NCBI GenBank assembly: GCA_017451505.1
Contig: JAFTOF010000002.1
Span: 129,679 to 193,678 of the forward strand
Reading direction: 5' to 3'
Length of the DNA stretch: 64,000 nucleotides
Source: Clostridia bacterium
Lineage (GTDB): Bacteria; Bacillota; Clostridia; UMGS1883
Each line of letters opens with the position of its first letter. The first letter of the stretch is position 1. The notes under the pieces are model-generated. The model made no database searches. It saw only the letters and a program-made list of their open reading frames with translations, and was not told where the DNA came from. Made by a program: the position numbers and the translations under genes. Of this stretch, positions 59,101-64,000 are shown one piece after another.

Positions 59101-60045
59101 ATGGAAAAAATCATTGAAGCAAAAAGCACCGATACGGTGATGTCGCTGTTCGGAAGCTTTGACAGCAATGTTAAGCTTATAGAACGCGAGATGGGTGTTA
59201 AAATTACCAATCGTGATACACAAATAAAAATAATCGGAGAAAATGCGGATAAAACCGCGGCAGTCATAGAAAGATTGATTGACGAAATAGAAGTGGGCGA
59301 AGCACTCACGGAGCAAAATATCCGCTACGCAATTTTTTCCGTAAATGAGGATATCGGCTACGTCCCCCCTGCAAAGGGTGACTACATCTGCATCACCTCC
59401 AAAGGCAAAGCCGTTAAGTGCAAAACCCACGGTCAGAAAAACTATATTCAGAAAATCCGTGATAACACCGTTGTTATTGCCATAGGTCCTGCAGGTACGG
59501 GAAAAACGTACCTTGCCGTTGCAATGGCTGTGGACGCTTTCAGAAGAAAGGAAGTACGCCGTATTATCCTGACAAGGCCTGCCGTAGAAGCCGGCGAAAA
59601 GCTTGGGTTTCTCCCAGGTGATTTGCAGATGAAGGTTGACCCTTATCTTCGCCCCCTTTATGATGCCTTGGGCGATATGCTCGGCATGGAAAATTACCAG
59701 AAATATCTTGAACGGGGCGTTATTGAAATAGCTCCCCTCGCCTATATGCGGGGAAGAACTCTTGACGATGCTTTCATCATTCTTGACGAGGCACAAAACA
59801 CTACCCCCGAACAAATGAAAATGTTCCTTACGCGTATAGGCTTTGGTTCAAAAGCTGTTATCACAGGTGATGTTACGCAGATAGACCTTCCCGACGGAAA
59901 GCGAAGCGGTCTTAAAGACGCCGCAAAGGTCTTAAAAAACATTGATGGGCTTGATTTTTCATATCTTTCAGACAAGGATGTTGTTCGTCATCCTCTGGTA
60001 CAAAAGATAATAGCCGCATATGAAAGGTTCGAAAGAAAATCTTAA
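59101..60045 (+). CDS. phoH: PhoH-family ATPase (YqfE/PhoH)
   Basis: GPAGTGKTYLA Walker A motif and a DEAQN Walker B motif. AAAGGAG RBS before MEKIIEAK. Confidence 0.92.
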   Translation: MEKIIEAKSTDTVMSLFGSFDSNVKLIEREMGVKITNRDTQIKIIGENADKTAAVIERLIDEIEVGEALTEQNIRYAIFSVNEDIGYVPPAKGDYICITSKGKAVKCKTHGQKNYIQKIRDNTVVIAIGPAGTGKTYLAVAMAVDAFRRKEVRRIILTRPAVEAGEKLGFLPGDLQMKVDPYLRPLYDALGDMLGMENYQKYLERGVIEIAPLAYMRGRTLDDAFIILDEAQNTTPEQMKMFLTRIGFGSKAVITGDVTQIDLPDGKRSGLKDAAKVLKNIDGLDFSYLSDKDVVRHPLVQKIIAAYERFERKS

Positions 60046-60064
60046 AGTAAGGATTGATTACATT

Positions 60065-62062
60065 ATGATAAAAAAGCTTTTTGGAGGCACTAAAAATGCC
60101 CTTATCACATTTATTTCCGTATTGCTGATAATTTTAATTGTTTTCTTTTCCAAGCAGGTAGGTCAGGTGGAGCTTGCCGTAGGTGATGTTTCGTCGGAGG
60201 ATGTTTACGCACCGCGTGTAATTATTGACACCGTAACCACCGAGGAAAAGCGTGAACAGGCACGTCTTGGCGTTGCCGATATTTATGTGCAGGACAACGA
60301 AAAAGCTGCAAACTGCGTAAAAAATGTTGAGGCATTTTTTGATATGGCACACGCCATACGCTCCCAGCAATTTGAAAATTCTGCGGCAGCGGCACTTCAG
60401 CTTAAAAACACAGCAACCATAAATATTTCCGAAAATACGGCAAAAGCTATTGTTGCTGCATCCCCGTCCCAATTTGCACAGCTTCGCACACTGAGCAGTA
60501 TATTAAAATCCGTAATGAACGACGGAGTTATTGACAAAAAGGACGGTATAGCACTTTGCGTGGAGGAAATTTCCACTCTTTCCGTAAATGATAAGCTTAT
60601 AGAAGCGGCGGAAGAAATAATTTCCCTTACGATTATTGAAAACAAGGTTTTAGATGAGGAATCCACCCTTGAAAAACGTGAGCAGGCGGCGTCAGCGGTT
60701 GAAAACGTTGAATATAAAAAGGGACAGGTTATCGTAACTCAAGGCTCTGTTGTAACCAAGGCACAGTATACTATGCTTAGTGACCTCGGTCTTCTTAAAG
60801 GAAGTAGTCCCATAACCTCCACATATGCTTTCGGAGTGACGCTTTTTATTATTATTTCACTTCTTATATTGCTGTTTTCAGCAAGTACTTATAAAAGCAA
60901 AAGCAGCAGTGCCTCGTCTATAACGGCGGTTACTGCATTAATAATAATTCTGATGACATTCTATGGTTCAAAATACATCCCCGAAAGGCTTAGCCCACTG
61001 CTCCCCGTAGGGATTTTCCCCGGAATTGTAACCATATTTGCTTCCCCTCAGCTTGCTATTATTTCCAATTTGCTTATTTCTGTATTTAATGCGTTGGCAT
61101 TTGATGCAAATTGGGGCTATACGATTTCACTTGTTTTGGCAGGAACAATGTCCGTTTTCTGCTTCTCAACTGTGAAAAGGCGTGCACATCTTCTCCCCTC
61201 CGCTATTGTTGCGGCACTGTTTTACGGACTTTCTTTCACGGGAATGTCGCTGATAGAATCAAACAGTGCAGTTACCGCCATAAGTGCATTCTTTAAAGGC
61301 TTTGGCGGCGGTATGCTTTCAGGACTTATAACTATCGGGGCACTTCCCTTCTTCGAGTGGCTTTTCAATGCAACAACTCCCATGAAGCTTAGTGAGCTTG
61401 CGAACCCCGAAAACAAGCTTCTGAAAAAACTGCTTGTTGAAGCACCGGGAACATATCACCATTCGCTTACGGTTGCAAACATTGCCGAGATTGCGGCACG
61501 CAGTATAAAGGCGGACTCGCTTCTTGCCCGCGTAGGTGCATATTACCACGATGTAGGAAAGCTTCGCCACCCCTTATATTTTAAAGAAAACCAGTATGAT
61601 AAAAACGCCCACGACAATCTTGCTCCCGAGGACAGCTCTGCAATAATCATAAGCCACGTTACCGACGGAAGTGAGATTGCGGCAAAAAATCATCTTCCCA
61701 AAAGCATCTGCGATATTATAGCACAGCATCACGGAAAAACCACCACGGGATATTTCCTTATCCGTGCAAGAGAGCTTGACCCTGATGTAGATGAATCCAA
61801 ATTCACTTACCCCGGTCCCGTTCCGCAGACGAAAGAAGCCGCTATTGTAATGCTTGCTGATTCGTGCGAGGCGGCAGTACGCAGCATTGACGAAAAGAGT
61901 GAGGCAAAAATAGAAGCTATGGTAAGAAAGATTGCTACCGATAGAGTAAATACCGGCCAGTTTTCAGAATGTAATATGACCTTTGCCGAGCTTGAAAAAG
62001 TGATTAAGGTTATTACAAAAACACTCGGCGGGTATTTCCACGAGAGAATTAAGTATGAATGA
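60065..62062 (+). CDS. pgpH: 7TM-receptor/HD-domain phosphohydrolase (YqfF/PgpH-type c-di-AMP phosphodiesterase homolog)
   Basis: N-terminal extracellular domain, a 7TM region (7TMR-HDED type), and a C-terminal HD domain (HHSLTVANIAEIAA...YYHDVGK). Conserved phoH-yqfF-ybeY order. Confidence 0.85.
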   Translation: MIKKLFGGTKNALITFISVLLIILIVFFSKQVGQVELAVGDVSSEDVYAPRVIIDTVTTEEKREQARLGVADIYVQDNEKAANCVKNVEAFFDMAHAIRSQQFENSAAAALQLKNTATINISENTAKAIVAASPSQFAQLRTLSSILKSVMNDGVIDKKDGIALCVEEISTLSVNDKLIEAAEEIISLTIIENKVLDEESTLEKREQAASAVENVEYKKGQVIVTQGSVVTKAQYTMLSDLGLLKGSSPITSTYAFGVTLFIIISLLILLFSASTYKSKSSSASSITAVTALIIILMTFYGSKYIPERLSPLLPVGIFPGIVTIFASPQLAIISNLLISVFNALAFDANWGYTISLVLAGTMSVFCFSTVKRRAHLLPSAIVAALFYGLSFTGMSLIESNSAVTAISAFFKGFGGGMLSGLITIGALPFFEWLFNATTPMKLSELANPENKLLKKLLVEAPGTYHHSLTVANIAEIAARSIKADSLLARVGAYYHDVGKLRHPLYFKENQYDKNAHDNLAPEDSSAIIISHVTDGSEIAAKNHLPKSICDIIAQHHGKTTTGYFLIRARELDPDVDESKFTYPGPVPQTKEAAIVMLADSCEAAVRSIDEKSEAKIEAMVRKIATDRVNTGQFSECNMTFAELEKVIKVITKTLGGYFHERIKYE

Positions 62063-62074
62063 GGAGAAATTATT

Positions 62075-62566
62075 ATGATACAGTTTATTATTGAAAATGA
62101 ACAGAACAAGCTTGAATTTACCCCCGAGCTTGAGGAAATTATGCAAAAAGCAGTTGCAACTACGCTCCAGACCGTTGGCGGTGATGAAGAAACTGATTTT
62201 GAAGTAAGCATCCTGATTACAGACAATGACGGGATTCATCAAATTAATAAAGAAACACGCGATATAGACGCACCCACTGACGTGCTTAGTTTTCCGATTT
62301 TAGAATTTGACGAAGACGGTGTTATGATAGAAGAAAGCGGCGATTATGACGGCGATTTGCTTCTTCTCGGTGATATTGTTCTTTCCCTTGAAAAAGCTAA
62401 GGAACAGGCAGAAGAATATGGACACACTCTTGAGCGTGAGGTAGGTTTCTTAACTGTACACAGTACGCTTCACCTGCTTGGATTTGACCATATGGAGGAA
62501 CCCTATACCTCCGTTATGCGTGGCCGTGAAAAAGAAATCATGGATATAATGGAGCTTCACCGCTGA
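62075..62566 (+). CDS. ybeY: rRNA maturation endoribonuclease YbeY
   Basis: HSTLHLLGFDH zinc-binding motif. Length 163 aa. Confidence 0.92.
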   Translation: MIQFIIENEQNKLEFTPELEEIMQKAVATTLQTVGGDEETDFEVSILITDNDGIHQINKETRDIDAPTDVLSFPILEFDEDGVMIEESGDYDGDLLLLGDIVLSLEKAKEQAEEYGHTLEREVGFLTVHSTLHLLGFDHMEEPYTSVMRGREKEIMDIMELHR

Positions 62567-62589
62567 ACTTATCGGAAAGGAAATAACCA

Positions 62590-63483
62590 ATGAGTAATTT
62601 TAAATCAGGCTTTGCCGCAATTGTGGGCAGACCCAATGTAGGAAAATCAACACTTACAAACGCATTTATAGGAGAAAAGGCGGCAATCGTTTCAAACAAG
62701 CCTCAGACAACACGCACAAATTTAGCCGCTATTGATAACGGCGATAACTATCAGATAGTATTTGTGGATACTCCGGGTATGCATTCCCCCAGAACGAAGC
62801 TGGGTGAATATATGAACAGCGTTGCAGGCGGTTCTCTTTCCGATGTGGATGTGGCTGTTTTAGTTGTGGAAGCAGGCAAAGAGGTTTACGACCTTGAGAA
62901 AAACATAATAAAAAAAGCGGCGGATAAAAATATCCCCTTGATTCTCGCTATCAATAAAGCCGACACGGTGGACAAAGCGGTAATTCTCCCCCAGATTGAA
63001 GCATTTCTTCAGGAGGGTAGCTTTGCGGCAATCGTTCCCATAAGTGCTTTTAAGAGAGATGGTATTAATGAACTTCGTGCGGAAATCTTAAGGCACTTTG
63101 ATGAGGGCGAGCCTTTCTATGACACGGAAATTTATGCAGACAGTACTCTGCGTGAAATGTGTGCGGAAATTATCCGTGAAAAAATCCTCCGTCTCCTCGA
63201 TCGCGAAGTTCCTCACGGAACTGCGGTTGAAATCGAATCAATGGACGAAAGCAGTGATGTGACAAAAATCAAAGCTATAATCTATTGTGAAAAATCAAGT
63301 CATAAGCCTATTATCATAGGAAAAAAAGGCGAGGCAATTAAGCGTATAGGCTCATACGCCAGACGCGATATTGAGAAACTTCTTGACACGCAGGTTTACT
63401 TAGAGCTTTGGGTAAAGGTACGTGAAGACTGGAGAAATAAAGGAACAGCTCTTAAAGAGTTAGGATTTGTAAAAGAAAAATAA
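62590..63483 (+). CDS. era: GTPase Era
   Basis: [10 protein letters not shown]-loop, DTPG, NKAD, and a C-terminal KH domain (VYLELWVKVREDWR). Confidence 0.95.
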   Translation: MSNFKSGFAAIVGRPNVGKSTLTNAFIGEKAAIVSNKPQTTRTNLAAIDNGDNYQIVFVDTPGMHSPRTKLGEYMNSVAGGSLSDVDVAVLVVEAGKEVYDLEKNIIKKAADKNIPLILAINKADTVDKAVILPQIEAFLQEGSFAAIVPISAFKRDGINELRAEILRHFDEGEPFYDTEIYADSTLREMCAEIIREKILRLLDREVPHGTAVEIESMDESSDVTKIKAIIYCEKSSHKPIIIGKKGEAIKRIGSYARRDIEKLLDTQVYLELWVKVREDWRNKGTALKELGFVKEK

Positions 63484-63545
63484 AAGAAAATTTTTCAAGC
63501 TATTAAAAATGTTCTTTTCCACATAATAACCATGAGGTGATTAGT

Positions 63546-63677
63546 TTGGCAAGAACAAGCAGTATTATGTGGGATATGTTTACAGGAACAGGCAATATTG
63601 ATATTTATTTAAAATACAAAAGGCACGAGGAATTAAAAGCCCAGCGTGCCGAAAACACTGAAAAAAGAGGAAATTAA
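63546..63677 (+). CDS. yqzL: YqzL-like small protein (43 aa), TTG start; missed by the ORF track
   Basis: A GAGGTGA RBS, then a TTG 5 nt downstream. The translation ARTSSIMWDMFTGTGNIDIYLKYKRHEELKAQRAENTEKRGN resembles B. subtilis YqzL (MxxFTWxVFSQTGxIxTYLLYKE) and occupies the same era-yqzL-recO slot. Its stop overlaps the recO ATG. Confidence 0.6.
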   Translation: MARTSSIMWDMFTGTGNIDIYLKYKRHEELKAQRAENTEKRGN

Positions 63678-64000
63678 ATGGCAGAAAACACACTTAAGAT
63701 TAACGCAATCGTTGTGCAGGCATCCCAAAGCGGTGAGAATGATAAAATATTGACGCTCCTTTCTCCTGAAGCGGGAAAACTGAGCGTGATTGCAAAGGGG
63801 ATTCGTTCCCTGAAGCATCAAAGCAGAAATGCCTGCGGTGTGCTTTGCTATTCTTCGTTTGTTTTAAAAAAAATTAAAGACGGATTTTACTCCCTTGTAA
63901 GCGCCGAGCTTAGCGAGAGCTTCCGCACCCTCAGTGAGGATGTGGTGCTTCTCTCTTACGGCGCTTATTTTGCTGATTTAACAAGGATGTGCGTGCAAAA
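63678..64000 (+). CDS. recO: DNA repair protein RecO, N-terminal part (continues beyond the window)
   Basis: AAGAGGAAA RBS. The N-terminal OB-fold sequence (INAIVVQASQSGENDKILTLLSPEAGKLSVIAKGIR) is typical of RecO. Conserved era-recO order. Confidence 0.8.
   Translation, partial: MAENTLKINAIVVQASQSGENDKILTLLSPEAGKLSVIAKGIRSLKHQSRNACGVLCYSSFVLKKIKDGFYSLVSAELSESFRTLSEDVVLLSYGAYFADLTRMCVQ

Noticed and set aside
1-64000. CRISPR arrays, rRNA genes, transposases, integrases or prophage genes
   Set aside because: None seen. No regularly spaced short repeats, no rRNA-like conserved blocks, and no ORF with DDE, tyrosine-recombinase or phage-structural signatures.

Overview
This window looks like a chromosomal stretch from a low-GC Firmicutes (Clostridia-like) genome. 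The evidence is AGGAGG-type ribosome-binding sites, sporulation genes yqfC/yqfD, and an era-yqzL-recO arrangement. Most of the window is conserved housekeeping synteny:
- the 3' end of groEL, then dus;
- a cell-elongation cluster of FHA protein, RodA/FtsW and PBP2;
- DUF1385-prmC, purC, transaldolase and smc-ftsY;
- hisS-aspS, a DUF512 radical-SAM gene, then der-plsY-gpsA;
- yqfD-phoH-pgpH(yqfF)-ybeY-era-yqzL-recO.

Accessory or unusual content is interleaved with this backbone:
- an N-acetylhexosamine salvage pair (nagB, a NahK-like kinase) with an AraC regulator;
- several secreted proteins built on copper-amine-oxidase-N-terminal-like 'stalk' domains, including three tandem paralogs inserted between the DUF512 gene and der;
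- a 974-aa protein with three SLH repeats;
- a trkH-trkA potassium-uptake pair followed by a roughly 300-nt structured leader, bounded by a 23-bp long-range inverted repeat, in front of a CPA2 cation/proton antiporter;
- a flavodiiron protein with rubredoxin;
- a tRNA-Gln(CUG) with its own promoter, next to a duplicated tRNA-3'-end/terminator repeat.

The signals most worth a second look are these:
- a putative T-box leader placed directly in front of an unusual three-domain fusion (XRE HTH + cupin + AMP-forming acyl-CoA-type ligase);
- the structured leader between trkA and the antiporter;
- an apparent -1 frameshift inside smc;
- the purC leader, which carries two perfect palindromes;
- a membrane protein with a roughly 45-residue poly-Asp/Glu/Tyr tail.

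All calls come from reading the six-frame translations and the DNA by eye. No database searches were run.
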